From Roseitalea sp. (GTDB lineage Bacteria; Pseudomonadota; Alphaproteobacteria; Rhizobiales; Rhizobiaceae), in the NCBI GenBank assembly GCA_017642895.1, contig JAEPON010000012.1:37014-101013 (forward strand): 64,000 nt of DNA, read 5' to 3'. The notes under the pieces are model-generated. The model worked only from the letters and a program-made list of their open reading frames with translations. It had not been told where the DNA came from and did not search any database. Made by a program: the position numbers and the translations under genes. Each line of letters begins with the position of its first letter. Within the stretch, counting starts at the first letter, position 1. This document shows positions 1-15,184 of this stretch, piece after piece.

Positions 1-1289
1 TGATCCCGCACGTCACCGACGAGATCAAGCAGTTCGTGCTGGAAGGCAATGAAGGCTACGATTTCGTCCTGTGCGAGATCGGCGGCACCGCCGGCGATAT
101 CGAGGCCATGCCGTTCATGGAGGCTATTCGCCAGCTTGGCAACGATTTGCCGCGCGGCAACGCGGTCTATGTCCATCTGACGCTGATGCCCTGGATCCCG
201 GCGGCGGGAGAACTCAAGACCAAGCCGACCCAGCATTCGGTCAAGGAACTGCGCTCGATCGGCATCGCGCCCGACATTTTGCTGGTGCGCGCCGACCGGC
301 CGATCCCTGACGCCGAGCGGCGCAAGCTGTCGCTGTTCTGCAATGTGCGCGAGAGTGCCGTCATTCAGGCGCTGGATGTCAGGAACATTTACGACGTACC
401 CAAGGCCTATCACGAGGAAGGTCTGGACGCCGAGGTGCTGGCCGCGTTCGGCATCGAACCGGCGCCCAAGCCGCGCATGCATGTGTGGGACGATGTGTGT
501 GCGCGCATTCACAATCCCGAAGGCGAAGTCACCATCGCCGTCGTCGGCAAATATACCGGCCTCAAGGACGCCTACAAATCGCTGATCGAGGCCCTGCACC
601 ATGGCGGCATCGCCAATCGCGTGAAGGTCAATATCGAATGGATCGAATCGGAGATTTTCGACAGCGAGGACGCCGCCCCGCATCTTGAAAAGGTGCATGG
701 CATCCTTGTTCCCGGCGGCTTCGGCGAACGCGGTGCCGAGGGCAAGATAAAGGCGGCCAGTTTCGCGCGCGAACGCCAGGTGCCCTATTTCGGCATTTGC
801 TACGGCATGCAGATGGCGGTGCTCGACGCAGCGCGCAATCTGGCCGGCATCAGCGATGCCATCTCTTCGGAGTTCGAAAAGCCGGGCACCAATGTTGTCG
901 GCATCATGACCGAGTGGCTGAAGGGCAACATGCTCGAAAAGCGCTCACGCCAGGGCGATCTGGGCGGCACGATGCGGCTGGGCGCCTATGAGGCGGTTCT
1001 GGAAGAGGGCAGCCGGATCGCCGGCATCTATGGCGACACGCGCATTTCCGAACGCCACAGGCACCGCTACGAGGTCAATATCGAGCACAAGGATGCGCTG
1101 GAGGAGGCCGGCCTGACCATCTCGGGCCTGTCGCCCGACGGTGTTCTGCCCGAGACGATCGAATATGCCGACCATCCCTGGTTCATCGGCGTGCAGTATC
1201 ATCCCGAACTCAAGTCCCGCCCGTTCGACCCGCATCCATTGTTTGCCAGCTTTATCGAGGCCGCGATCGGTCAAAGCCGGCTGGTATAG
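1..1289 (+). CDS. pyrG: CTP synthase, C-terminal part (5' end lies outside the window)
   Basis: Frame 3 is open from base 3 ([11 protein letters not shown]...), so the gene enters from upstream. Glutamine-amidotransferase motifs GICYGMQ and HRHRYEVN are present; stop at 1287-1289. Confidence 0.95.
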   Translation, partial: IPHVTDEIKQFVLEGNEGYDFVLCEIGGTAGDIEAMPFMEAIRQLGNDLPRGNAVYVHLTLMPWIPAAGELKTKPTQHSVKELRSIGIAPDILLVRADRPIPDAERRKLSLFCNVRESAVIQALDVRNIYDVPKAYHEEGLDAEVLAAFGIEPAPKPRMHVWDDVCARIHNPEGEVTIAVVGKYTGLKDAYKSLIEALHHGGIANRVKVNIEWIESEIFDSEDAAPHLEKVHGILVPGGFGERGAEGKIKAASFARERQVPYFGICYGMQMAVLDAARNLAGISDAISSEFEKPGTNVVGIMTEWLKGNMLEKRSRQGDLGGTMRLGAYEAVLEEGSRIAGIYGDTRISERHRHRYEVNIEHKDALEEAGLTISGLSPDGVLPETIEYADHPWFIGVQYHPELKSRPFDPHPLFASFIEAAIGQSRLV

Positions 1290-1385
1290 TGTCTGTCCCG
1301 CCGCCCGATATTCCACGGTGCGGCGATTTACTTTGCGGAAACCCGAATATGTTCTCCTGACTGACCGAGGAGCGGGGGAAACCGG

Positions 1386-3494
1386 GTGACACGGGCCAAG
1401 GGCAGCTATCTGGTCGACGATTATCTCGAGGTCGCCGATTTCTGGGCCTGGGAGACTGACGAGAATCTCGTCCTGACTTACCTCAGCAACGGCTTCTTCA
1501 GCCTGACCGGTCTGCCAGCGTCCGATTTCATCGGCCGTTCGCGCTCGCAGATCGCCAACCGGAAACTTGATGCCGATATCTGGGCCGAGCATCGCAAGAC
1601 GCTGGAAGACCGTCGGCCGTTCCAACGCTTCCGCTATCCGCTGGAAGCCAGTGACGGCACCGTGCGCTGGTTTGAATCGAACGGTATTCCCCACCACGGC
1701 AAAGATGGCCGATTTGTCGGTTATCGCGGCGTGGCCCGCGACGTTTCCGAACAGGTGCGGGACAGGGCGCTGCTTGCCGAAACCGACCGTGAAGCCAAGC
1801 TCCAACAGACACTTCTGGCTCATATCGAGCGGGTCTCGCACATCGGGGCCTGGCGCTGGACCCTCGGAGACCGCCTCATTTCCATGAGTGCTGAGATTTA
1901 CCGGATATTGGGCACGCCCGTCGACACACCCATGACGCCGGAATTGTCGACCCGCCCGTTCACGCCCAAATCCCGCGCTGTTCTGCAATCGGCCATCTCC
2001 AAGGCCATTCGAACCCAGAAGCCGTTGGATCTGATCTTGCAGTTGGCATCGAGCGGCAAGGATCATCGCTGGGTGAGGATCATCGGTGTCCCGGAGGTGG
2101 TCGATGGTCGGACCACCCGCCTTTTCGGCACATTTCAGGATGTCACCGAACAGCGCGAACAGGAACTGCGGATGCAGCGCCTGGCGATGACCGATGCGCT
2201 AACGGGGATCGCCAACCGCGCCGCCTTCAACGAAAAGCTGGACGAGGTCGCGGCGCGGTCAGCCAAGACCGGCAACAGCTTCCTTTTGTGCGTGATCGAT
2301 CTGAACCGGTTCAAGCAGGTCAATGACCAATACGGCCATGATGTGGGCGACCAGGTTCTCATCCGGTTCGCCGATATGTTCGGTTCGGTTATACCCAAGC
2401 ACTGGTTCTTTGCACGGATGGGCGGCGACGAATTCGCTGTCCTGATCGGCGACGGCCGGCGGCCCATCGAACTGGCGTCTGCGGCCGATACGCTCTATGA
2501 GGCGCTACAGCACGACATCGAAATCGCCGATGTGAACGTGTCGGTGAGGGCCACGGCCGGCTATGCAATCGCGCCCGCTCACGGCACCGACGTGCAGGCC
2601 CTGCTGCGGCGCGCCGATCTTGCGCTCTATGACGGCAAACGCGACGCGACGACGAACCTGAAATGCTATGAACCGGCCATGGAAGAGAGCTTCCACCGGA
2701 GGGTTCTCGTCGTCCAGGAGTTCGCCGAGGGACTGGAGCAGGGGCGTGTGATCCCATGGTATCAGCCCGTTATCGAACTGTCCTCGGGGCGGATTACCGG
2801 AATGGAAGCGCTGGCCCGCTGGGATCATCCCGAAAAGGGCATTCTGACCGCCGGCCATTTCGTGGAGGTCTTCGATGATGCCCGGGTCAGCGTCGAATTG
2901 ACCAATGTGATGCTCGAACAGGTGTGTCGCGATATGGCCGACTGGCAGCGCCGGGGCGGCGAATTTGGCCGGATAGGCATCAACGTGACGGCTGCGGTTC
3001 TGCGGCAACCCGGCTTTGCCTTGCGCGTCATAGAGGCGCTTTCGCGCCATGGCCTGCAAACGCACAATTTCATTGTCGAGGTCACCGAAACGACGATCAT
3101 CAACCATGCCGCACCGGCGGTGACGGATCAGCTCAGGCATCTGCGTGAAGCCGGGGTTTCGATCGCGCTCGATGATTTCGGGACCGGCTATTCTTCGCTG
3201 ACCCATCTGAAAAGCCTGCCGTTCAACATCCTGAAAATCGACAAATCCTTCATCAAGGACATGTCGCGCTCTCCGGCCGACCTGTCGATTGTCCGCTCGT
3301 TGATCCATCTGGGTCGCGATCTCGGCTACACCACGGTGGCCGAAGGCATCGAAGTGGAGGGCGAAGCCGAATTGCTGCGCGGCATCGGCTGCGAGCGGGG
3401 GCAGGGCTTCCTGTTTCACAAGCCGATGCCCAAACAGGCGGTCGATGATCTGATCGGCGCCGACCCGGCGCGAGCCGCCGTGACGGGTCGGTAG
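1386..3494 (+). CDS. PAS/PAC-GGDEF-EAL cyclic-di-GMP signalling protein
   Basis: 702-aa ORF with a GTG start (exact start uncertain). It has two PAS-like segments, a GGDEF motif (RMGGDEFAVL), an EAL motif (MEALARW) and DDFGTGYSS. Confidence 0.9.
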   Translation: MTRAKGSYLVDDYLEVADFWAWETDENLVLTYLSNGFFSLTGLPASDFIGRSRSQIANRKLDADIWAEHRKTLEDRRPFQRFRYPLEASDGTVRWFESNGIPHHGKDGRFVGYRGVARDVSEQVRDRALLAETDREAKLQQTLLAHIERVSHIGAWRWTLGDRLISMSAEIYRILGTPVDTPMTPELSTRPFTPKSRAVLQSAISKAIRTQKPLDLILQLASSGKDHRWVRIIGVPEVVDGRTTRLFGTFQDVTEQREQELRMQRLAMTDALTGIANRAAFNEKLDEVAARSAKTGNSFLLCVIDLNRFKQVNDQYGHDVGDQVLIRFADMFGSVIPKHWFFARMGGDEFAVLIGDGRRPIELASAADTLYEALQHDIEIADVNVSVRATAGYAIAPAHGTDVQALLRRADLALYDGKRDATTNLKCYEPAMEESFHRRVLVVQEFAEGLEQGRVIPWYQPVIELSSGRITGMEALARWDHPEKGILTAGHFVEVFDDARVSVELTNVMLEQVCRDMADWQRRGGEFGRIGINVTAAVLRQPGFALRVIEALSRHGLQTHNFIVEVTETTIINHAAPAVTDQLRHLREAGVSIALDDFGTGYSSLTHLKSLPFNILKIDKSFIKDMSRSPADLSIVRSLIHLGRDLGYTTVAEGIEVEGEAELLRGIGCERGQGFLFHKPMPKQAVDDLIGADPARAAVTGR

Positions 3495-3693
3495 CGTGTA
3501 TCGCAAGCGCCATTGTGCCTTGCTATTGGCGCATTTGGTGGCCATAGGAACACATCGACACTTTTTGGCCCGACGTTCTTTGGCCTTGCGTTATCCACGC
3601 TGCTGACGTTCTCACTTCCAAAAGACGACTCGATCAGAAAGCGACCCGGCTTGGTCGCACGTCACTAAGCGTTCAACGAAAGGGTTACGCAAA

Positions 3694-3903
3694 ATGGCAA
3701 CAGGTACCGTCAAGTGGTTCAACGCCACCAAGGGTTTTGGTTTCATCGAGCCTGAAGCAGGCGGCAACGATGTGTTCGTTCACATCTCCGCGGTTCAGCG
3801 CGCCGGCATGCACGGCCTCGATGAGGGCCAGAAGGTCAATTACGAAGTGGTCCAGGACCAGCGCTCGGGAAAAAGCTCGGCTGACAATCTGTCGGCGGCC
3901 TGA
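3694..3903 (+). CDS. cspA: Cold-shock protein, CspA family
   Basis: 69 aa. The sequence [17 protein letters not shown]...DVFVHISAV matches the RNP1/RNP2 cold-shock domain motifs. ATG start with a long upstream leader. Confidence 0.95.
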   Translation: MATGTVKWFNATKGFGFIEPEAGGNDVFVHISAVQRAGMHGLDEGQKVNYEVVQDQRSGKSSADNLSAA

Positions 3904-3936
3904 TCCGCACTTTTCCCTTCATGGAAAATACCAATG

Positions 3937-3966
3937 AAAACGGGCCCTTACGGCCCGTTTTTTTGT
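3937..3966. terminator. Bidirectional intrinsic terminator between cspA and oxyR
   Basis: aacgggcc/ggcccgtt forms an 8-bp stem with a 5-nt loop. It is followed by a T-run on the + strand and preceded by an A-run that reads as a U-run for the convergent oxyR transcript. Confidence 0.7.
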
Positions 3967-3971
3967 GACGA

Positions 3972-4898
3972 TCACACCGTCTCCGACAATTTTCCGCGTG
4001 CAACGCGCAGCGTTTCCGCCGATCGCCGGACAAGATGCGATATCTGCATCAACTGGTTGGCGAGCGGGCTCGTCCTGCGCCAGATCATCCCCACCGTGCG
4101 CGATGGCTGCGGCGCGCCGAAGCGGGCGACGGAGACGGACGCCGATCTGGTTTCCACCGGCACCGCCATGTCCGGAATGAGCGTGACGCCAATGCCAGCA
4201 CCGACCATCTGAACCAATGTCGACAGCGAACTGCCGTCGAGCAACTCACGCGGCAGCGGCGAGCGCAGGTTGCAAAACGACAAGGCCTGATCCCGGAAGC
4301 AATGGCCTTCTTCGAGCAGCAGGAGCCGCATCTCGCGCAGTTTTTCCGGGCTCGGCACCGGCTTTCCGGCATCCTCGCCGGGTCGCACCAGCACGAAATG
4401 CTCTTCAAACAGGGGCGTCTCGGTGAAGGACGGTTCCGAGACCGGCAGCGCGACGATGGCTGTGTCGAGCCGGCCCTCGGTCAGCTCGCGCAAAAGCTTT
4501 GGCGTGACCGTCTCGCGCACCCGGATGTCGAGATCGGCGTGCGACCGGGCCAGATCGCCGATAATGGTTGGCAGGAGATAGGGCGCAATGGTCGGAATGA
4601 CACCGATGCGCAACCGTCCGGCCAGTTGCTCGCGCGACGCACGCGCCAGATCGCCCAGTTCGTCCACCGACCGCAATATGTCCCGCGCGCGTTCGGCGAA
4701 CTCCTCGCCAAAACCGGTCAACCGGACCTGCCGTGCGCCGCGGTCGAAAAGGGCGGTGCCCAATGCATCCTCCAGCTCCCTGATCTGCATGGAAAGGGCC
4801 GGCTGGGAGATGGCGCACGCTTCCGCCGCCCGGCCGAAATGGCGGTGGCGGGCCAGCGCCTCGAAATAGCGAAGCTGCTTGAGTGTCAGGCTGTTCAT
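3972..4898 (-). CDS. oxyR: LysR-family hydrogen-peroxide sensor/regulator OxyR
   Basis: N-terminal LysR HTH (LRYFEALARHRHFGRAAEACAISQPALSMQIRELE). The segment LLLLEEGHCFRDQALSFC matches the redox-active Cys pair region of OxyR. The gene is divergent from katG. Confidence 0.88.
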   Translation of the reverse strand: MNSLTLKQLRYFEALARHRHFGRAAEACAISQPALSMQIRELEDALGTALFDRGARQVRLTGFGEEFAERARDILRSVDELGDLARASREQLAGRLRIGVIPTIAPYLLPTIIGDLARSHADLDIRVRETVTPKLLRELTEGRLDTAIVALPVSEPSFTETPLFEEHFVLVRPGEDAGKPVPSPEKLREMRLLLLEEGHCFRDQALSFCNLRSPLPRELLDGSSLSTLVQMVGAGIGVTLIPDMAVPVETRSASVSVARFGAPQPSRTVGMIWRRTSPLANQLMQISHLVRRSAETLRVARGKLSETV

Positions 4899-4911
4899 AA
4901 GGCAAACTTAT
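4897..4911. promoter_or_regulatory. Candidate LysR-type (OxyR) operator dyad in the oxyR-katG intergenic region
   Basis: Perfect inverted repeat ATAAG-N5-CTTAT overlapping the oxyR start codon. This is the typical position for LysR autoregulation and divergent activation. Confidence 0.4.
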
Positions 4912-4942
4912 CGCACAAATCAGCAAATACAACTTCACCTGA

Positions 4943-7198
<2,256 letters not shown>

Positions 7199-7221
7199 CG
7201 GCCCGGTCCCCAAACCATGCG

Positions 7222-7254
7222 CGGCCGGTCCGAAAGGGCCGGCCGTTCTTTTTT
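7222..7254 (+). terminator. Intrinsic terminator after katG
   Basis: 10-bp GC-rich stem (cggccggtcc/gggccggccg, one G-U pair) with a GAAA loop, followed by ttcttttttgg. Confidence 0.7.
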
Positions 7255-7330
7255 GGCATCAAGAGACGATCGCGCGCACCGACACATTCGCCGCGAACTG
7301 CCGCAGCCGCTCATCAAAACACGGAAAAAA

Positions 7331-7406
7331 TGGTGAGCGCGCAGGGGCTCGAACCCTGGACCTACTGATTAAAAGTCAGTTGCTCTACCAGCTGAGCTAC
7401 GCGCTC
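7331..7406 (-). tRNA. tRNA-Lys (anticodon UUU)
   Basis: The reverse complement reads GAGCGCGTAGCTCAGCTGGTAGAGCA...ACTGA-CTTTTAA-TCAGT...GGTTCGAGCCCCTGCGCGCTCACCA. A 7-bp acceptor stem, T-loop and CCA end are present. Confidence 0.9.
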
Positions 7407-7631
7407 CCGACAAGGGAAACCGCGCCGGGGTCGCCGGCGCGGGCAAGGCGTCCTTACGCAAAGCCGGCGGCCCGGTCAACAGCGTTTGCCGCCGTCCGGT
7501 CGCCGACGACATCATGCCGCGCCGCATCACGCAATTGGCATGTGATCGCGAGCGCGCTTTCGTGCTAACAGCGTCCAAATTCCGGCCTTCAAACCGGACA
7601 GGCAAACAAGAGGCATGACGACCGCAGGGCC

Positions 7632-8414
7632 ATGGCGATCGACATTTCCTATCTGAGCGCGTTCGGCGCGGGCATGATCTCGTTCGTCACGCCCTGCGTG
7701 CTGCCGCTCGTGCCGCCTTATCTGTGCTACATGGCTGGCGTGTCGATGGACCAGTTCCGCGACGCGGACAACCACCCCGAGATTACGCCCGATGCGTCGG
7801 GCGCGGCGACCGCGCGGCTAACCGCCGTGCGCCTGCCGCTTCTGACGGCGGCGCTCGCCTTCGTTCTTGGTTTTTCCACCGTCTTCATCGCGCTTGGCGC
7901 CGGCGCCTCGACCATTGGCGGGGTCCTGCGGGCCTGGCAGACCGAACTGGCAATGGCCGCCGGCGTCGTCATCATCATCATGGGGCTGAATTTCCTCGGG
8001 CTGTTCCGCATCGGCCTTTTGTCGCGCGAGGCGCGCTTCCAGAGCCGTGGCAGTCCGGCGAACCCGGCCGCCGCCTATGTGATGGGGCTTGCCTTCGCCT
8101 TTGGCTGGACGCCCTGCATCGGGCCGGTGCTCGGGCCGATCTTGACGCTGGCCGGCGCGCAGGACAGCGTCGGGCAGGGGGCGAGCCTGCTGGCCGTCTA
8201 TTCGGCGGGGCTCGGCATTCCGTTCCTGATCGCGGCGATGTTCTCGGGCCGGTTCATGCGGTTTCTGTCGCGGTTCCGCGCGCATCTGGGCACGGTGGAG
8301 AAGCTGATCGGCGCGCTTCTGGTTCTCGCCGGCATCCTGTTCCTGACCGGCGGCATGCAGGCGATGGCGTTCTGGCTGCTCGAACAGTTCCCGGCGCTGG
8401 GGCGTCTCGGCTGA
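7632..8414 (+). CDS. ccdA: Cytochrome c biogenesis thiol:disulfide transfer membrane protein (CcdA/DsbD family)
   Basis: 260-aa polytopic membrane protein with the paired motifs FVTPCVLPLVPPY and GWTPCIGPVLG, characteristic of CcdA. Confidence 0.85.
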   Translation: MAIDISYLSAFGAGMISFVTPCVLPLVPPYLCYMAGVSMDQFRDADNHPEITPDASGAATARLTAVRLPLLTAALAFVLGFSTVFIALGAGASTIGGVLRAWQTELAMAAGVVIIIMGLNFLGLFRIGLLSREARFQSRGSPANPAAAYVMGLAFAFGWTPCIGPVLGPILTLAGAQDSVGQGASLLAVYSAGLGIPFLIAAMFSGRFMRFLSRFRAHLGTVEKLIGALLVLAGILFLTGGMQAMAFWLLEQFPALGRLG

Positions 8415-8421
8415 CGCAAGA

Positions 8422-8871
8422 TCAGGTCAGGCCGGCCGCGCCCTTGCGCAGATTGACGCCATCGACGCGCCAGGCGCCATCCTCCTGCAATTCCATATAG
8501 TAGACCGCCGTCCAGTCGCTTCCGTCCGGCGCGCGGATCAGCACCTCCTGGATGATGCGGCCGTCGGCCATCCGGTCAGCGCGCCCAAACGCGTAGTTGC
8601 CGGGCCGCAGCACGGGCAAATAGCCGCGCTCGACCATCGACATGAAGCCGTCGAGCGTGGGATAGATGCGCTTGATGTCGTCGGACGCATAGCCATAGGC
8701 CCGTTCGAAATCGCGCGCCAGGAAACTCTCAAGCTGCTCTGTGATCGTGTTGCGCGCCGCAGTCTCGTCGGCACGGGCCTGATCCAAAGGCGCCAGAATG
8801 AAGGCCAGCGCAAAGGCCATGGTCGCGGCTGCGGTGAGCGCCATCGGGACGAAACGGGGGCGTCTGATCAT
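8422..8871 (-). CDS. Secreted DUF4864-like protein
   Basis: Start moved to ATG 8871, downstream of a GAGAGGAG RBS. It has a signal-peptide-like N-terminus. The overall pattern (ITEQLESF...FMSMVERGY...GAWRVDGV) recalls DUF4864; this assignment is from memory. Confidence 0.6.
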   Translation of the reverse strand: MIRRPRFVPMALTAAATMAFALAFILAPLDQARADETAARNTITEQLESFLARDFERAYGYASDDIKRIYPTLDGFMSMVERGYLPVLRPGNYAFGRADRMADGRIIQEVLIRAPDGSDWTAVYYMELQEDGAWRVDGVNLRKGAAGLT

Positions 8872-8988
8872 GGCGGGTCTCCTCTCGTCGTAAAAAAGGT
8901 AGGCGGCAGCCGGCGCTTGGCAAATCGGCAAACGTCACCGGCGCGGGCCTTGCTTGCGCAGGACCGGCAAATCGGGCACACGGGCGCC

Positions 8989-9899
8989 ATGACCGGCAAC
9001 GCCATATCGCCCTATCGGCCGCGCGCCTTCGACCATTGCGTTCTACCGGTCGAGGAGCTGGCTCTCGCCCGCCAACGCCTCGAAGCGCTCGGCTTCCAGG
9101 TGGCCGCCGATGCCAAACATCCGTTCGGCACGGAGAACGCCTGCGTCTACTTCGCCGACGGCACGTTTCTCGAACCGCTGGCGATCGACCAGCGCGAAAA
9201 ATGCGAGCGCACGGCGCAGCGCGGCAATGTCTTCACCGCGCGCGACCAGGCCTGGCGTTTCCGCAATGGCGATGACGGGTTCTCGGCGATCGCGCTCGCA
9301 ACCGACAATGCTGATGCCGACCACAAGGGTTTTCGCAAACAGGGCATTTCGGCGGGGCGCAAGCTGCTGTTCGGCCGGACGATGACCGATGTTGCCGGAA
9401 ACAAGGCGCGCGCCACCTTCAAACTGGCTTTTGCGGCCGATCTGCGCTCGCCGGACAGTTTCCTGTTCACATGCCAGAGGGTGAACACGCCGGCGGTCGA
9501 CCGGGCGGCGCTGCAAATCCATCCCAATGGTGTGACCGGCACGGCCGAGATCATCGCCTCGGAGGCAAACCCGGCCGACTTCCAGTATCTTTTGCAGAAC
9601 GTGATCAACAATCGCGCGACGCAGGCGCATTCGTTCGGCATCGAGATCGCCGGCGCCGATTTCACGCTCAATGTGATGACGCCGGAAGGCTTGCGCCTCC
9701 ATTTTGGCGTGGAGCGCCACGTGCCGACGCGCGGCCTGCGCTTCGAGGGCATCGTCTTGACGGTGGCAGACCCGGCAGTGCTGCGGGCGCTGCTCGACGA
9801 AAACGGCATCGCAACACACGAAAAGGGGCCGTTTCTGGTCGCCGACCGCGCACCGGGGCAAGGCGCCTTTTTCGCCTTCGACATGCGGAAAGAGAGCCG

Positions 9900-9903
<4 letters not shown>
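8989..9903 (+). CDS. VOC/glyoxalase-like domain protein
   Basis: Start moved to ATG 8989. The N-terminus FDHCVLPVEELALARQRLEALGF...FGTENACVYFADGTFLEPLAI fits a glyoxalase-like fold. Its stop overlaps the kdsA start (ATGA). Confidence 0.65.
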
Positions 9904-12133
<2,230 letters not shown>

Positions 12134-12240
12134 CCGCCGGTCGGTCTGGAAAGGACGGACCGCCGATTTCGGCGCGCCTTAGGAGGCGCTTAACCAAACT
12201 GGCGTACCACTGGACACCGCGCAGCTTTGGTTCCGGGTTC

Positions 12241-12600
12241 ATGTGGACGCGCCAGTACAGAAAATCCCCGCTTCGGCATCTGGTCATCCCGTGCATCGCG
12301 GCCGCGTCGCTCGCCTATTTCGGCTATCACGGGATCACGGGCAATCTGGGGCTGACCTCCAAGGCCGAATATGAGCAAAGGCTGGCCGGCCTTGAGGCGG
12401 AACTTGACGCGCTGACCACCGCGCGGGCGCGGCTCAAGACCCGTACGGCGGCGCTCAGCGACGGTTCGCTGCAGCGCGATGTGATCGACGAGCAGGCGCG
12501 CCTTTCGCTCGGCCTTGCCAACGCCAACGAGTTGATCTTGCTGCATAAAGAATCCGAACGCGCTGCAACATTGGATGATTTGCTGCAGCGCATGAATTAA
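12241..12600 (+). CDS. ftsB: Septum formation initiator family protein (FtsB/DivIC-like)
   Basis: 119 aa from ATG 12241, with an N-terminal TM helix followed by a coiled coil. The position between eno and pdhA is conserved in Rhizobiales. Confidence 0.75.
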   Translation: MWTRQYRKSPLRHLVIPCIAAASLAYFGYHGITGNLGLTSKAEYEQRLAGLEAELDALTTARARLKTRTAALSDGSLQRDVIDEQARLSLGLANANELILLHKESERAATLDDLLQRMN

Positions 12601-12735
12601 CTCGAATTCAGTTAATTATCGAATTTTCGAGCGATTTTATGACGTTATCGTCATGAAACCTATGCCAAAGTGCGGCTTGATGTCCCCGGTTGGCGCGATA
12701 GGATGCGCCGAAATTCAACAGGGACGGAAACCCAG

Positions 12736-13782
12736 ATGGCGACACGCGCACGCAAGGCGCCGGCAAAATCCAAGGCCGGCGCGGGCAAGGGCAGCCTTTC
12801 GACACCCAGGCCCGCCGATTTCACCAAGGATGAGGAACTGACCGCCTATCGTGACATGTTGCTGATCCGGCGCTTTGAGGAAAAGGCCGGCCAGCTCTAT
12901 GGCATGGGCTTCATCGGCGGGTTCTGCCACCTCTATATCGGCCAGGAGGCGGTGGTCACCGGCATCTCCATGGCGATGGAGGATGGCGACCAGACCATCA
13001 CCACCTATCGCGACCACGGACACATGCTGGCCATGGGCATGGAATCGCGCGGCGTGATGGCCGAACTGACCGGCCGCCAGGGAGGCTACTCCAAGGGCAA
13101 GGGCGGCTCGATGCACATGTTCTCCAAGGAGAAGAACTTCTATGGCGGCCACGGCATCGTCGGCGCCAACGTCTCGCTCGGGGCCGGTATCGCATTCGCC
13201 AACAAGTACCGCGACAATGGCAAGGTGTGCTGCACCTATTTCGGCGACGGCGCGGCCAACCAGGGCCAGGTCTATGAGAGTTTCAACATGGCCTCGCTGT
13301 GGAAGCTGCCGGTCGTCTTCGTTATCGAGAACAACCGCTACGCCATGGGCACATCGGTGGCCCGCTCGTCAGCCGAGACCGATTTCTCCCAGCGCGGCGT
13401 CTCGTTCAAGATTCCCGGCTTCCAGGTCGACGGCATGGATGTGCGCGCGGTGAAGGCCGCCGCCGATCTGGCGCTCGGCCATGCACGTTCGGGCGAAGGT
13501 CCGGTGATCGTCGAGATGATGACCTATCGCTATCGTGGCCACTCCATGTCCGACCCGGCGAAATACCGCTCCAAGGACGAAGTGCAGAAGATGCGCTCCG
13601 AGCACGATCCGATCGAACAGGTCAAGGCGCGGCTGATCGACAAGAAATGGGCTGCCGAGGACGAGCTGAAGGCGATCGACAAGGAGGTGCGCGCGATTGT
13701 CGCCGACGCCGCCGAGTTTGCCCAGAACGATCCCGAGCCGGACGTGTCCGAACTTTACACCGACATTCTGCTCGAAGCGTGA
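12736..13782 (+). CDS. pdhA: Pyruvate dehydrogenase E1 alpha subunit
   Basis: Start at ATG 12736. TPP-binding region GDGAANQGQVYESFNMASLWKLPVVFVIENNRYAMGT and YRYRGHSMSDP are present. Confidence 0.95.
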   Translation: MATRARKAPAKSKAGAGKGSLSTPRPADFTKDEELTAYRDMLLIRRFEEKAGQLYGMGFIGGFCHLYIGQEAVVTGISMAMEDGDQTITTYRDHGHMLAMGMESRGVMAELTGRQGGYSKGKGGSMHMFSKEKNFYGGHGIVGANVSLGAGIAFANKYRDNGKVCCTYFGDGAANQGQVYESFNMASLWKLPVVFVIENNRYAMGTSVARSSAETDFSQRGVSFKIPGFQVDGMDVRAVKAAADLALGHARSGEGPVIVEMMTYRYRGHSMSDPAKYRSKDEVQKMRSEHDPIEQVKARLIDKKWAAEDELKAIDKEVRAIVADAAEFAQNDPEPDVSELYTDILLEA

Positions 13783-13791
13783 GGGGCGACC

Positions 13792-15174
13792 ATGCCGATT
13801 GATATTCTGATGCCGGCCCTTTCCCCGACGATGGAAGAGGGCAACCTGGCCAAATGGCTGAAAAAAGAAGGCGATTCGGTCACGGCCGGTGACGTGATCG
13901 CCGAGATCGAGACCGACAAGGCGACGATGGAAGTCGAAGCCGTCGACGAGGGCACCATCGGCAAGATCCTGATCGATGAGGGCGCCGAGGGCGTCAAGGT
14001 GAACACGCCCATCGCCGTATTGCTCGAGGATGGTGAAAGCGCCGACGACATCGGCAAGGCCGCCGCCGCGCCTGCGCCGGCTGCCGAAGCTGCGCCCGCC
14101 GCCGATCCGGCACCGGCTGCTGCACCTGTCGCTGCCGCGCCCATCGTCGAGCAGGCACCGGCCGACCCCGAAGTGCCCGAGGGCACCGAAATGGTGCCGA
14201 CGACGGTGCGCGAAGCGCTGCGCGACGCGATGGCCGAGGAAATGCGCGCCGACGAAAGCGTTTTCGTGATGGGCGAGGAGGTCGCCGAATATCAGGGCGC
14301 CTACAAGGTCACGCAGGGGCTTCTGGACGAGTTCGGACCGCGACGCGTCGTCGACACCCCGATCACCGAACATGGCTTTGCCGGTGTCGGTGTCGGCGCC
14401 GCGATGACCGGTTTGCGGCCCATCGTCGAATTCATGACGTTCAACTTCGCCATGCAGGCGATCGACCAGATCGTCAATTCGGCGGCCAAGACGCTCTATA
14501 TGTCCGGCGGCCAGATGGGCGCGCCGATGGTGTTCCGGGGGCCAAACGGTGCCGCCGCCCGCGTCGCCGCCCAGCACTCGCAATGCTATGCCGCCTGGTA
14601 CAGCCACATTCCGGGTCTCAAGGTGGTCCAGCCCTACAATGCGGCCGACGCCAAGGGACTCCTGAAGGCGGCGATCCGCGATCCGAACCCGGTCGTCTTC
14701 CTTGAAAACGAGATCATGTACGGCCAGACCTTCGACGTGCCGAAGATGGACGATTTCGTCCTGCCGATCGGCAAGGCGCGCCTGCAACGGGCCGGCAGCG
14801 ACTGCACCATGGTCTCGTTCGGCATCGGCATGAAATATGCCATCGAGGCGGCGGAAAAGCTGGCCGGCGAGGGGATTGACTGCGAGGTGCTCGATCTGCG
14901 CACGCTGCGGCCGATGGACCTGCCCGCCGTGATCTCGTCGGTCAAAAAGACCGGCCGGCTCGTTGTTGTCGAAGAGGGTTTCCCGCAAAGTTCGGTCGGC
15001 GACCATATCGCCAACCAGGTGACGCGCGAGGCGTTCGACTATCTCGATGCGCCACCGATCACCATCGCCGGCAAGGACGTGCCGATGCCCTATGCGGCCA
15101 ATCTCGAAAAGCTCGCCCTGCCCAATGTGGGCGAGGTGATCGAGGCGGTCAAAGCCGTCACCTATGCGGGTTGA
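13792..15174 (+). CDS. pdhB: Pyruvate dehydrogenase E1 beta subunit with N-terminal lipoyl domain
   Basis: An N-terminal lipoyl domain ([14 protein letters not shown]) and an Ala/Pro linker precede a transketolase-like E1-beta body. This architecture is known in alphaproteobacteria. Confidence 0.95.
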   Translation: MPIDILMPALSPTMEEGNLAKWLKKEGDSVTAGDVIAEIETDKATMEVEAVDEGTIGKILIDEGAEGVKVNTPIAVLLEDGESADDIGKAAAAPAPAAEAAPAADPAPAAAPVAAAPIVEQAPADPEVPEGTEMVPTTVREALRDAMAEEMRADESVFVMGEEVAEYQGAYKVTQGLLDEFGPRRVVDTPITEHGFAGVGVGAAMTGLRPIVEFMTFNFAMQAIDQIVNSAAKTLYMSGGQMGAPMVFRGPNGAAARVAAQHSQCYAAWYSHIPGLKVVQPYNAADAKGLLKAAIRDPNPVVFLENEIMYGQTFDVPKMDDFVLPIGKARLQRAGSDCTMVSFGIGMKYAIEAAEKLAGEGIDCEVLDLRTLRPMDLPAVISSVKKTGRLVVVEEGFPQSSVGDHIANQVTREAFDYLDAPPITIAGKDVPMPYAANLEKLALPNVGEVIEAVKAVTYAG

Positions 15175-15184
15175 GGAGAGCGCA

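Noticed and set aside
3495-3693. Long leader upstream of cspA with a small hairpin (gcgacc-cggctt-ggtcgc); a possible cold-shock thermosensor.
   Set aside because: Plausible by analogy with enterobacterial cspA. I cannot identify a conserved structure or a cold box by eye, so there is not enough support to annotate it.
14044-14167. Ala/Pro-rich repetitive DNA in pdhB, and similar stretches in pdhC at about 15425-15575.
   Set aside because: These encode the flexible inter-domain linkers normal for lipoyl-domain proteins. They are not tandem repeats of regulatory or mobile origin.
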